Shown: positions 1 through 9,523, counted from the first letter of the stretch. The stretch: DNA of 60,374 nucleotides from Ginsengibacter sp. (GCA_040007325.1 JBDTVF010000001.1:1-60374); one strand, 5' to 3'. The notes: generated by a model not told the origin, from the letters alone. Made by a program: numbers and translations.

Positions 1-614
1 ATTGCTGCAATTTCTTCTTTGTTTTCTTTTGCAAGTTTAGCTACTGCTTCGAGATTATTATAAGGAGCAGTTAGTGTGTCAGCCGATGTTCCCGCAGTTA
101 TTCCAGGCACAGTCTGAATATTTAGAGTGGCGACGCCGCTGCCGGCTTTCACCAAAAAGCAATCTGCATGACCATGATAACAGCCTTCAAATTTTATGAA
201 TTTGTTTTTCCCGGTATAGCCTCTTGCAAGGCGCAACGCACTCATGCAAGCTTCGGTGCCACTATTGACCATTCGTACAAGATCGATATTGGGTGCCATT
301 GACTTAATAAGCTCTGCCATTTCTATCTCGAGCTCGGTAGGCGCACCAAATGAAGTAGAATAAACAGCCTTTTCCTGAACTGCCTTAACAACAGGTTCCC
401 ATGCATGCCCGAGGATCATTGGCCCCCAGGAATTGATATAGTCTATATATTCATTTCCATCTTCATCGTGGAGGTAAGCCCCTTTTGCAGACTTAATAAA
501 TACGGGTGTCCCCCCAACACTTTTGAAAGCCCTCACAGGTGAGTTTACTCCACCGGGAATTGATTGTTGCGCTCTTTGAAATAGTTGCTGGCTCCGGTTA
601 CTGATATAATTCAT
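1..614 (-). CDS. hemL: Glutamate-1-semialdehyde 2,1-aminomutase (runs off left edge)
   Basis: Not in ORF track. Manual translation from ATG at 614 gives [37 protein letters not shown]..., and later [33 protein letters not shown] and [11 protein letters not shown]. Confidence 0.96.
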   Translation of the reverse strand, partial: MNYISNRSQQLFQRAQQSIPGGVNSPVRAFKSVGGTPVFIKSAKGAYLHDEDGNEYIDYINSWGPMILGHAWEPVVKAVQEKAVYSTSFGAPTELEIEMAELIKSMAPNIDLVRMVNSGTEACMSALRLARGYTGKNKFIKFEGCYHGHADCFLVKAGSGVATLNIQTVPGITAGTSADTLTAPYNNLEAVAKLAKENKEEIAA

Positions 615-660
615 GTTGCTCTATAAATTAGTGAAAGAAAAAAAGTAAGCTATGTAGTAT

Positions 661-1635
661 TTATTGGAGCAATTTCACAGCATCCTTTGCAAAATAGGTT
701 GCTATAAGATCTGCGCCTGCCCGTTTAATGGAAGTTAAACTTTCAAGAATGGCTTTTTCTTCATTTATCCATCCCATTTTTGCTGCTGCTTTTATCATAG
801 CATATTCGCCACTTACATGGTAAGCACTTACAGGGATAGTTACACTATTTTTTACTTCTCTTATTATGTCAAGATAAGCCATTGCAGGTTTTACCATCAC
901 TATATCCGCACCTTCATCTTCATCTGATTTAGCTTCTTTTATTGCTTCAATGCGGTTTGCGTAATCCATCTGGTAGGTTTTCTTATCACCGAATCCTGGC
1001 GCCGAGTCGAGCGCATCTCTAAACGGTCCGTAAAAGCAAGAAGCATATTTGGCACTATACGCCATGATGCCGGTTTTGGTAAAGCTATCTTTTTCTAATG
1101 CTCTGCGAATGGCGTAAATCCGGCCGTCCATCATATCACTTGGAGCTACAAAGTCGGCACCAGCTTTCGCATGGCTAAGGCTCATTTTTACCAAAGCTTC
1201 TACTGTTGGATCGTTTACAATTTCACCATCTTCAACGATACCATCATGTCCATAGGAGGAATATGGATCGAGTGCAACATCGGTCATTACTACCATCTCA
1301 GGAATAGCATTTTTTATTTCTTTAATACTTCGTTGCATTAAGCCATCAGGATTCCACGCTTCCTTACCTGTATTATCTTTTAGTTCGTCAGATGCTTTTA
1401 TGAATAACAAAATACATTTAATGCCGAGGCTCCACAATTCTTTAACATCTTCCAATGTCCCATCAATGGAGCGCCTGAAATAACCCGGCATTGAAGGAAT
1501 TTCAAACTTTACATTTTTACCTTCATCAATAAAAAGCGGTGCGATAAAATCATTGGGAGTAAGTGTAGTTTCGGCAACCATACTCCTGATAGAAGGTGAT
1601 TGCCTTAGTATTCTATTTCTTCTTTGTAAATGCAT
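661..1635 (-). CDS. hemB: Porphobilinogen synthase (ALA dehydratase), Zn-independent type
   Basis: DVALDPYSSYGHDG, APSDMMDGRI, SCFYGPFRDA, VMVKPA and AYHVSGEYAM motifs. Confidence 0.97.
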   Translation of the reverse strand: MHLQRRNRILRQSPSIRSMVAETTLTPNDFIAPLFIDEGKNVKFEIPSMPGYFRRSIDGTLEDVKELWSLGIKCILLFIKASDELKDNTGKEAWNPDGLMQRSIKEIKNAIPEMVVMTDVALDPYSSYGHDGIVEDGEIVNDPTVEALVKMSLSHAKAGADFVAPSDMMDGRIYAIRRALEKDSFTKTGIMAYSAKYASCFYGPFRDALDSAPGFGDKKTYQMDYANRIEAIKEAKSDEDEGADIVMVKPAMAYLDIIREVKNSVTIPVSAYHVSGEYAMIKAAAKMGWINEEKAILESLTSIKRAGADLIATYFAKDAVKLLQ

Positions 1636-1662
1636 ATTTGTTATTAAAAAGTAAACAAAAAT

Positions 1663-2577
1663 TTAATTAACCCAATCCCGCGGTTGCAGACATGCCTGCA
1701 TAATTTTATCTTCCTCACTATCGGGTTCAGGCTTATAATTGTATTCGAACCTTACCGTTGGCGGAAGGCTCATTAAAATACTTTCTGTCCGGCCATTTGT
1801 CTTCAGGCCAAACAAAGTGCCTCTGTCGTGTACAAGATTAAACTCAGTGTAGCGGCCTCTTCTTATTTCCTGCCAATGTTTATGTGATTGATCAAACGTA
1901 GTTGCCTTTCTTTTTTCCATGATAGGAACATAGGAAGTAATAAAAGCTTCACCACATTTTTTCCCAAATTCCATCCAATCATTAACATTATTTCTTTCAT
2001 TCGGCCTCATATAATCGTAAAAAATTCCGCCTATACCGCGGCGCTCTGCATTGCGATGCCAGTTTACAAAATAGTCGTCGCAATTCTTTTTGAATTCAGG
2101 ATAAAACGAAACATCAAACTGGTCACAAATATCCTTATACGTGCTATGGAAATGTTTTGCATCGCCTTCAAACAGGTAGTAAGGAGTAAGATCGGTGCCG
2201 CCGCCAAACCATCTGTCAATCACGTTCTCGTTTTCATCATACAATTCAAACATCCGGTAGTTACAATGCACCGTTGGGACGAATGGGTTCAATGGATGTA
2301 TAACGATACTTATGCCGCATGCAAACCATTTGCTGCCATCGATTTTTAATTGGGTTCGCATTGGTTGTGTCACTTCACCAAAAACAACCGAAGTATTTAC
2401 ACCACCTTTCTCAATCACATTTCCATTTGATATTACGCGTGTTCTACCGCCACCACCTTCCGCTCTTTCCCACCTATCTTCTATAAATTTTGACCGACCA
2501 TCAGCATCTTCCAGTGCCTTGCAAATGTGGTCTTGCAAATTCTCAATAATTGATATCCAATTTTCCTTAATACTCAT
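1663..2577 (-). CDS. hemF: Oxygen-dependent coproporphyrinogen III oxidase
   Basis: HPLNPFVPTVHCNYR, WFGGGTDLTPYY, RGIGGIFYD, RRGRYTEFNLVHDRGTLFGL. Confidence 0.97.
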   Translation of the reverse strand: MSIKENWISIIENLQDHICKALEDADGRSKFIEDRWERAEGGGGRTRVISNGNVIEKGGVNTSVVFGEVTQPMRTQLKIDGSKWFACGISIVIHPLNPFVPTVHCNYRMFELYDENENVIDRWFGGGTDLTPYYLFEGDAKHFHSTYKDICDQFDVSFYPEFKKNCDDYFVNWHRNAERRGIGGIFYDYMRPNERNNVNDWMEFGKKCGEAFITSYVPIMEKRKATTFDQSHKHWQEIRRGRYTEFNLVHDRGTLFGLKTNGRTESILMSLPPTVRFEYNYKPEPDSEEDKIMQACLQPRDWVN

Positions 2578-2604
2578 TAATTAATAAAATTTTCGAACTG
2601 AAGA

Positions 2605-3642
2605 TTAATCCTGCATTCGAAATTCCTTTACTGCATCTACAAATGCCTTCGCATTGTCAACCGGAACATTTGGCGTAATGCCATGGCCTAGATTCGCAAT
2701 ATAATTCTGCACCCCAAAGTCATCGATCATTTTTTTTACCTCTTTTTTAATTACAGGAATGGGTGCTAATAATTTTGCAGGATCAAAATTTCCCTGCAAC
2801 GTTATCTTATTGCCGGTTAATTCTCTAGCGTATTGAGGAGTTATGCACCAGTCCAATCCAAGGCCTGCCGCACTGCTTTCGCTGAGATCTTTTAATGCAT
2901 ACCAGCTACCTTTTGGAAATAAAATTAGCGGCGCAATGCCTTTTAGTGCATCAGCAATTTGTAACAAATATGGCTGCGCAAATAATTTAAAATCCGCTGG
3001 GCTCAGGCAGCCACTCCAGCTATCAAATACCTGTAAAACATCTGCACCCGCTTTTGCCTGTGCTTTTAAATACACAATTGTAGCATCCGTAATCTTTTGC
3101 AATAATTGTTGTGCCAATGAGGTTTCTGTAAAACAAAATTGTTTTGCTTTATCCCATGTTTTGCTGCCTTTGCCTTCAACCATATAACATAAAATGGTAA
3201 ATGGTGCCCCTGCAAATCCGATTAATGGAACCCGTGCGTTTAATTCCTTTTTGGTAAGTGATAATGCATTGGTAACGTAGCAAAGTTTTTCTTCTATTTC
3301 TGTCGTTATTAAAGAATCTATGTCTTTTTGGCTTTTAATAACTTTAGGAAGCGAAGGGCCTTTCCCTTCTTCCATCAGCACTTCTAACCCCATTGCCTGA
3401 GGAATTACCAGAATATCAGAAAAGATAATTGCTGCGTCTACTCCTACCTGTTCGATAGGTTGTAGCGTTATTTTTGTGGCGAGTTCGGGCGTTTGCACCC
3501 GCGTAAAAAAATCGTATTTATCTCTGAGTTTAATATAATCAGGTAAATATCTTCCAGCCTGCCGCATCATCCATACAGGCGGCCTTTCAACTTTGTCCCC
3601 TCTGAGTGCTTTTAATAATAAATCGTTCTTTAATTCTTGCAT
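2605..3642 (-). CDS. hemE: Uroporphyrinogen decarboxylase
   Basis: [38 protein letters not shown]. Confidence 0.97.
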   Translation of the reverse strand: MQELKNDLLLKALRGDKVERPPVWMMRQAGRYLPDYIKLRDKYDFFTRVQTPELATKITLQPIEQVGVDAAIIFSDILVIPQAMGLEVLMEEGKGPSLPKVIKSQKDIDSLITTEIEEKLCYVTNALSLTKKELNARVPLIGFAGAPFTILCYMVEGKGSKTWDKAKQFCFTETSLAQQLLQKITDATIVYLKAQAKAGADVLQVFDSWSGCLSPADFKLFAQPYLLQIADALKGIAPLILFPKGSWYALKDLSESSAAGLGLDWCITPQYARELTGNKITLQGNFDPAKLLAPIPVIKKEVKKMIDDFGVQNYIANLGHGITPNVPVDNAKAFVDAVKEFRMQD

Positions 3643-3740
3643 GTATTAAAATTGAATTTGCCTGCAATAGTGATTAGCACTGAATCCGGGCAAAGAGAAA
3701 AAAAACATTGATAAATATGATGAAGTTTTACATCATGTTT

Positions 3741-4448
3741 TTAAATGCGCCTGCAAAAATACCTGATTGCTTCCTCTACCAGTTTTTTTTTCCCCGGACT
3801 GGCAGCAGTAATTACGGGTTGATCAGTAAATGCTTTTACAGATTCAGCTGTAGTCTTTCCAATGGCAAAAAATCTGGTATTACTGCCTGCATCATTTTTT
3901 ATAAAAAAACTTTCTACAGCGCTCGGGCTGAAAAATAATATTCCGTCATAGTTCTTTGAAATCCGTTGCGATGTAAAAACTGTGTTATAGACCATTATTT
4001 CTTCCACCTCAATACCATTTGCTTTTAGCTTTTCGGGCAATTCATCCCGTCTAAGATCGCCGCAAAAAAAATAAACTTTTGATACGATATTAGCTGCTAC
4101 AATCTTTTCAGCAAGCTCTAAAGCGTTATCGGCAGTTTCCTCTATATTTTTTTCGCCAAAAATATGTACCAATAAATCCTTTGTAGTGTTGCCTATGCAA
4201 AAGATCTTCCACGGCACATTTGCAGCAACGTGCTCGCCAATTGCAGTCACTGCATTCATACTTGTAAAAACAGCAGTGATATTTTTATTAGAAAGCTCTT
4301 TAATTTTTTTTGTGGTACCGCTGTCAATCTTTTCTACGGTTTCAATAAATGAAATTTCATCTATTATAATACCGTGCGATGCCGCCTCATCGATCAGTGT
4401 TTTTCCAATCGGTCTTGTAGATAATATATTTACATTACTTACTCCCAT
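3741..4448 (-). CDS. hemD: Uroporphyrinogen-III synthase
   Basis: ILSTRP, VFTSMNAV, ILFFSPSAV, AIGKTTA; directly downstream of hemC with 14-nt overlap. Confidence 0.92.
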   Translation of the reverse strand: MGVSNVNILSTRPIGKTLIDEAASHGIIIDEISFIETVEKIDSGTTKKIKELSNKNITAVFTSMNAVTAIGEHVAANVPWKIFCIGNTTKDLLVHIFGEKNIEETADNALELAEKIVAANIVSKVYFFCGDLRRDELPEKLKANGIEVEEIMVYNTVFTSQRISKNYDGILFFSPSAVESFFIKNDAGSNTRFFAIGKTTAESVKAFTDQPVITAASPGKKKLVEEAIRYFCRRI

Positions 4449-5361
4449 TTCTTATCTGCCGAATTATTTCCCGGACTTCTTCATTCCTTAATAGTTCATT
4501 GCCTGTCGTAAACCCTATGTCACCCGAATCACTATACGAACATTCTTTTTTTATTGAAATAATTGTTTTACCATTTGTGCTGCAAATATTTCCTTCAAAG
4601 ACAATTTTATCATTTTTTACCTCTGCCAAAGCACTTATCGGAGTTGAGCAGCCTCCTGATAATGCTCTCAGGAAATCCTTTTCAATTTTAGTACACAATG
4701 CAGTTTGATAATGATTTAAAGCGTGGCACATTTCAAAAGCATCTTTATCTTCCTCCCTGCATACTATAACAATAGCTCCCTGCGCCGGCGCCGGTAACAT
4801 CCAGTCGAGGTCAACAGAATTTTCAGGCCTCAGGTTAATACGTTCGAGTCCCGCCGCGGCAAATATGGCTCCGTTCCAGTTATGCTCCTTCACTTTTCTC
4901 AACCGGGTGTTTACATTTCCTCTCAGGTTTTCTATCGAGTGCTTTGGATACCGGTGTAACCATTGGGCAAGACGTCGAATACTGCTGGTTGCAATAACAC
5001 CTTCGCTATTTTTATCCTCCAAAAAAGAAGGATCATTTTTATATACAATGATATCTTTAAAAGATGCCCTCTCTAAAACCGCCGCCTGCATAAGACCTGA
5101 AGCTAATTTAGTAGGCACGTCTTTCATGGAATGAACAGCAAGATCGATGCGTTTGTTCAGTAATGCTGTATCTAATGACTTTGTAAAAATTCCCTGAACT
5201 CCTATCTCATACAGCGGGGTAATTGTATCTATATCACCTTCACTCTTAATGTAAACTAAGTCTGATGAAATATTATTTTTATGGAGAAGTTCTTTAACGA
5301 GTGTAGCCTGCCACACAGCCAGCTGGCTTTCACGGGTTCCTATATTAATTACCTGTTTCAA
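4435..5361 (-). CDS. hemC: Hydroxymethylbilane synthase (porphobilinogen deaminase)
   Basis: IGTRESQLAVWQA, AVHSMKDVP, LRGNVNTRL, GGCSTPI (cofactor Cys). Confidence 0.97.
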   Translation of the reverse strand: MKQVINIGTRESQLAVWQATLVKELLHKNNISSDLVYIKSEGDIDTITPLYEIGVQGIFTKSLDTALLNKRIDLAVHSMKDVPTKLASGLMQAAVLERASFKDIIVYKNDPSFLEDKNSEGVIATSSIRRLAQWLHRYPKHSIENLRGNVNTRLRKVKEHNWNGAIFAAAGLERINLRPENSVDLDWMLPAPAQGAIVIVCREEDKDAFEMCHALNHYQTALCTKIEKDFLRALSGGCSTPISALAEVKNDKIVFEGNICSTNGKTIISIKKECSYSDSGDIGFTTGNELLRNEEVREIIRQIRNGSK

Positions 5362-6566
5362 TTCATGCGAAGGTAACTGCTCAAAGCACTAATATACTGG
5401 CAGCCTTTGTTATTCTCCTGATTCAATTGGATAGCTAGTGAAGCTATCGCCTTGTGAATCTTTTCTTCGCTATAGGAATCATTGAGATGACTCTTATTGA
5501 GCATATGGAGTTGTTCTTTTATTTTACGCAAAAGCGGACTATTTGAATGCCTTCTATACCACTCCATGGTGTCATGCATGGTGGTATCAATAATAGCCAG
5601 GGCTTTGGGAATTTCTGCCTGCCTTAATGATATTGTTTTATCAAGAATCACAGAAATTTCATCGACATTAAGTAATTCAATGCCTTTAAAATTTTTAACC
5701 GCCGGATCTACATTTTGCGGAACAGAAAGATCCAATATAAGACGATTTTTTTCGGTTACAAAAAACGAAGGATGTATTGTGTAATGATCAGCCGTTGAAC
5801 TTACAATAACAATGTCGGCAGCATTAGCTGCTTCTGCCAAATTTTGAAAAGGAACAAATACAGCATCGCATTCCTGCGCAAGAGATAAAGCTCTTTTATC
5901 AGTGCGATTCGTAAACATTAGCTCTGACTCGGGTAAATAATACTGAAGATTTTTTCCAATATGATGGCCAAATTTTCCTGTGCCTACCAGTAAAATTTTT
6001 TTTCCGGCAGCATCCGTAATTTTTTCTTTAATGATCTCAATTGCAGCATAAGAAACTGACACAGTTCCCGAACTTAATTTTGTTTTCGTTTTAATTTCTT
6101 TAGAAGAACGAAGTGCAAAATTTACCACTCTTTCCATGAAGGTATTCATGCAATGATGTCCCTTGGAAACTTTTGCAGCTTGCTTAAGCTGTGATAATAT
6201 TTCGTAGTCACCTATTATTTGTGAATCTAATCCTGCCGCTACTTTATAAAGGTGTTCAATTGCCCGGGCGCCTTGATACCTATATCCATGCTCAATAAAT
6301 TCCTGCATATTTCCATGCGTATGAATACAAAGCATTTCAATGAGTTCAAGAGGATGATCGCATATACCATAGATCTCTGTACGATTACAAGTCGATAATA
6401 CCATACAGCCGGGGAACTTCTTCGAAACTGCCTGTTCCAAAAGCAATACTGTTTGCTCAGGAAGAAGAGAAAATTTCCCTCTAATACTTATATCACTTTT
6501 TCTATAATTAATGCCAGCCACGCAGAAATTATTTAGGAAATGATGCTCTGTTTCTATTATTATCAT
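5358..6566 (-). CDS. hemA: Glutamyl-tRNA reductase
   Basis: LSTCNRTEIY, GLDSQIIGDYEILSQLK, DLSVPQNVD. Start moved to ATG at 6566 because the track's TTG start lies inside the promoter -7 element. Confidence 0.95.
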   Translation of the reverse strand: MIIIETEHHFLNNFCVAGINYRKSDISIRGKFSLLPEQTVLLLEQAVSKKFPGCMVLSTCNRTEIYGICDHPLELIEMLCIHTHGNMQEFIEHGYRYQGARAIEHLYKVAAGLDSQIIGDYEILSQLKQAAKVSKGHHCMNTFMERVVNFALRSSKEIKTKTKLSSGTVSVSYAAIEIIKEKITDAAGKKILLVGTGKFGHHIGKNLQYYLPESELMFTNRTDKRALSLAQECDAVFVPFQNLAEAANAADIVIVSSTADHYTIHPSFFVTEKNRLILDLSVPQNVDPAVKNFKGIELLNVDEISVILDKTISLRQAEIPKALAIIDTTMHDTMEWYRRHSNSPLLRKIKEQLHMLNKSHLNDSYSEEKIHKAIASLAIQLNQENNKGCQYISALSSYLRMN

Positions 6567-6575
6567 GAAGTGTTG

Positions 6576-6583
6576 CAAAAATA
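6576..6583 (-). promoter_or_regulatory. Bacteroidota primary-sigma -7 element of the hemA operon
   Basis: TATTTTTG on minus strand matches TAnnTTTG, 9 nt before the ATG. Confidence 0.7.
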
Positions 6584-6599
6584 TTTTGATGCGATACCC

Positions 6600-6621
6600 T
6601 AAATGTCATATAAATGTCATA
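6600..6621. repeat. Perfect 11-bp tandem direct repeat (TAAATGTCATA)x2, candidate operator
   Basis: Directly visible; lies over the expected -33 region of the hemA promoter. Confidence 0.6.
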
Positions 6622-6802
6622 AAAGTCGTTTTAGATCTTTATATGTTTACCGGCAGGAACCATCATAAATAGAGGCTATTAATTCTGCCTTAGCTAAAGT
6701 TTAAAGATGTATCATCTTCATAGTGTTGGAGCTTACAATAAATACAAAAAGTGATAAAATCAAATAGTAACTAAGTAAAACGCCATTCAAGTTTTGCAGC
6801 CT

Positions 6803-6810
6803 TACATTTG
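6803..6810 (+). promoter_or_regulatory. -7 promoter element of hemH-hemJ
   Basis: TACATTTG, 16 nt before ATG. Confidence 0.7.
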
Positions 6811-6826
6811 CAAATAATTTAAAAAG

Positions 6827-7837
6827 ATGGCTGTCAAGAAAGGGGTTTTATTAATGAATTTGGGTTCGCCCGACTCTACTGGTGTTGCAGACGTAAAACG
6901 GTACCTCGATCAGTTTTTAATGGACGAAAGGGTGATAGACAAATCATGGTTGATGAGGGCACTATTGGTCAAGGGGATAATTGTCCCCTTCAGGGCTCCG
7001 AAATCGGCTGAAGCATATAAAACTATTTGGACTGCCGAAGGATCCCCTTTAGTTGTGCTCACAAAACAACTTCAAAGGGCTTTACAGGAAAAAATAGCCG
7101 AGCCGGTTGAAATAGCAATGCGTTATGGTAACCCTGATCCAAAAACTGCATTCGAAAAACTTTTGCAACGTGAACCAGAATTACAAGAGGTGATTGCTCT
7201 GCCACTTTACCCTCATTATGCCATGTCGAGTTATGAAACTGCGGTTGAATATGCGAAAGAGATCCACAAAAAAAACGGGTATTCCTTCACATTAGATTTT
7301 ATAAAACCGTTTTATGATGAAACGAATTACATCAATTCGCTTACGGAAGTATTTCGCCCTTTTATTGAAAAGGAATATGATCACCTGCTTTTTAGTTATC
7401 ATGGTATACCGGGACGGCATATTCGCAAAAGCGATGTAACCGGAAACCATTGCCTGCAAGTTGACAATTGTTGTAATATTAACTCTCCGGCGCATGCCCA
7501 CTGTTACAGGCACCAGGTCTTCAAGACTACAAAAATGGTTACAGACCAATTAGGAATTGCTAAAACTAAATACAGTATTTCTTTTCAATCAAGATTAGGA
7601 AAGGGTTGGCTTACGCCATTTACTGACATACGATTAGCAGAATTGCCGGCAGAAGGAATTAAAAAGCTCCTTATAGCCTGCCCTGCTTTTGTAAGTGATT
7701 GCCTGGAGACATTGGAAGAAATAAAGATCAGGGGAAAAGAAATATTTATGAAAGCCGGGGGTGAATCATTTGAAATGATTCCTTGTCTTAATACAAGTCC
7801 TGCCTGGGTGGAAACTGTGACCGGTTATGTTGCGTGA
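6827..7837 (+). CDS. hemH: Protoporphyrin ferrochelatase with internal C-X5-CC-X9-C motif
   Basis: GVLLMNLGSP, AMRYGNP, PLYPHYAMSS, LLFSYHGIP, SFQSRLG, FVSDCLETLEE. Confidence 0.97.
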   Translation: MAVKKGVLLMNLGSPDSTGVADVKRYLDQFLMDERVIDKSWLMRALLVKGIIVPFRAPKSAEAYKTIWTAEGSPLVVLTKQLQRALQEKIAEPVEIAMRYGNPDPKTAFEKLLQREPELQEVIALPLYPHYAMSSYETAVEYAKEIHKKNGYSFTLDFIKPFYDETNYINSLTEVFRPFIEKEYDHLLFSYHGIPGRHIRKSDVTGNHCLQVDNCCNINSPAHAHCYRHQVFKTTKMVTDQLGIAKTKYSISFQSRLGKGWLTPFTDIRLAELPAEGIKKLLIACPAFVSDCLETLEEIKIRGKEIFMKAGGESFEMIPCLNTSPAWVETVTGYVA

Positions 7838-7891
7838 AATAGATTTCAACAATTAGTGCTTCAATAAAGGAACTATATCAATATCACATAG

Positions 7892-8416
7892 ATGTATTTT
7901 TACATAAAAGCCCTTCATATCATTTTCGTGGTGACATGGTTTAGCGGCTTGTTCTATATGGTAAGGCTTTTCGTATACACTGCGGAAGCAAATAGCAAAA
8001 CAGAACCTGAAAGAACAATTCTGCTTAATCAATTTAAGGTGATGCAAAAAAGATTATGGTATGGTATCACCTGGCCATCCGCTATTCTTACATTAATCTT
8101 TGGCACCTGGATCGGAATCTTATACGGTAGTTTGCCTTTATGGCTTATTGTTAAGCTTGGCTTTGTAGTATTGCTTTTTATCTATCATCTTTCTTTAAAT
8201 ACAATTTTTCGTCAGCAACAGCACTTGCTGTTTAAATGGTCCTCACAGCAGCTGCGTGTGTGGAACGAAGTAGCGACGATCTTTCTTATTGCAATTGTAA
8301 TGCTTGCTGTAGTAAAACAACTGCTAAGCGTGGTATGGGGAATAAGTGTATTAATCGCTTTTGCAATTTTATTGATGCTCGCAATAAAAATTTATAAAAA
8401 ATACCGGAAGAATTAA
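7892..8416 (+). CDS. hemJ: Protoporphyrinogen oxidase HemJ (membrane)
   Basis: IKALHIIFVVTWFSGLFYMVRLFVY and RVWNEVAT motifs; several TM helices; follows hemH. Confidence 0.9.
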   Translation: MYFYIKALHIIFVVTWFSGLFYMVRLFVYTAEANSKTEPERTILLNQFKVMQKRLWYGITWPSAILTLIFGTWIGILYGSLPLWLIVKLGFVVLLFIYHLSLNTIFRQQQHLLFKWSSQQLRVWNEVATIFLIAIVMLAVVKQLLSVVWGISVLIAFAILLMLAIKIYKKYRKN

Positions 8417-8437
8417 TCGATGAAAAGGTGGGCGTTA

Positions 8438-9373
8438 TTAATGAAAAAGCAATTCGCAGGGTTTTAGTCCCGTGTGTTTCTTAAATGCCGTAGAAAAATG
8501 CGAAATAGAAGAGTAACCAAGTAAAGCAGAAACATCTGTAACGCTTAATCCTTTTTCATATAGAAGGTATTTAGCATGTTCCATCCGTTGGCTTTGGAAG
8601 AAATCGAAGATCGTAGTTCCATACATTTCTTTAAAACCTTTTTTGAGATAGCATTCGTTTATGGCAGCTTTACGGCTAAGTTCTCTTATTGTGAGTGGTT
8701 CGCTTATATGTTGCAATAAAATCTCTCTTGCCAGCGCAATCTTTTCACGATCGGCTTCATTGGCCAAAAATTTACAGGTAAATGTTTCCTCGCTATCGCC
8801 GGCCATACACTCCATGCTATATAAAAGCAGCATTTGTGTTTGAGCGTTTATAAAAATATTCTCGAAGCTGTCAGTATAGGAATGGTTCAACAATGCATCG
8901 AGAACAGACCTGGTTCTGCTACACAGCGGTAAAACCTTTGTGAACGAAGAAGTATGCCGGAAATGCAATATATCTTCCGAAAAAGTAGTCGTTTTAATAC
9001 CGTTCAGGAACTGAGACAAATGATCTGAATTAAAGCGAAAACTTGCAACATCTACTGTTTCCACAACTTCCTCGCAATTATGCGACAAGGAATGCTTACA
9101 AAAATTGCATTCACTATTTTTTTGCTTACAATAACGGTTCCCGCTTATACAAAAAGTAAGTTCAAGATTAGGCTCTTTGTTATCGTCGCTTTTGTAATTG
9201 TAAGAAAGTACTCCGGTATCATCGAATGACATGTGTGGATGTTTCCTGAACCGGTTTATTACATATTGAACCGTACCCGGAATCAGTTGAGCCTTTTGTT
9301 GCACAAGTTCCATCTCATCCTGCATAACAGGGTGATTAAGGGCAACAGAAAGTATGTTTTGCGAAGATTCCAT
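8438..9373 (-). CDS. AraC-family transcriptional regulator with Cys-rich N-terminal domain
   Basis: C-terminal double HTH (TIRELSRKAAINECYLKKGFKEMYG ... GYSSISHFSTAFKKHTG). Start is ATG at 9373 or TTG at 9376. Confidence 0.92.
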   Translation of the reverse strand: MESSQNILSVALNHPVMQDEMELVQQKAQLIPGTVQYVINRFRKHPHMSFDDTGVLSYNYKSDDNKEPNLELTFCISGNRYCKQKNSECNFCKHSLSHNCEEVVETVDVASFRFNSDHLSQFLNGIKTTTFSEDILHFRHTSSFTKVLPLCSRTRSVLDALLNHSYTDSFENIFINAQTQMLLLYSMECMAGDSEETFTCKFLANEADREKIALAREILLQHISEPLTIRELSRKAAINECYLKKGFKEMYGTTIFDFFQSQRMEHAKYLLYEKGLSVTDVSALLGYSSISHFSTAFKKHTGLKPCELLFH

Positions 9374-9384
9374 CAAAGTATTTG

Positions 9385-9392
9385 TAAAGATA
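9385..9392 (-). promoter_or_regulatory. Near-consensus -7 element for the AraC gene
   Basis: TATCTTTA on minus strand (one mismatch to TAnnTTTG). Confidence 0.5.
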
Positions 9393-9422
9393 GCACTAAC
9401 GAGTTAATGTTCAAACATAGCT

Positions 9423-9442
9423 ATTTAAGAAAAATCTTAAAT
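9423..9442. promoter_or_regulatory. 8-4-8 palindrome ATTTAAGA-AAAA-TCTTAAAT, candidate operator
   Basis: Perfect 8-bp arms in the araC/gyrB divergent intergenic region. Confidence 0.45.
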
Positions 9443-9523
9443 CGTAATTGTCTTTGTTTTGCAATTATCCACCACAAGCATTTAATGATTATAAATCTTA
9501 TCTGTTTTGCCCCTTATTCTTCG

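Noticed and set aside
3783-3791. T9 tract near the 3' end of hemD as a frameshift or phase-variation site
   Set aside because: The frame is intact and gives a normal-looking C-terminal helix in a core pathway gene.
6622-6800. Riboswitch or sRNA in the hemA-hemH spacer
   Set aside because: Only a short GGCAG/CTGCC pairing was seen, with no recognisable conserved RNA motif; a covariance-model search would be needed.
9481-9500. Fur-box-like AATGATTAT upstream of gyrB
   Set aside because: Only a half-site in AT-rich DNA; insufficient support.
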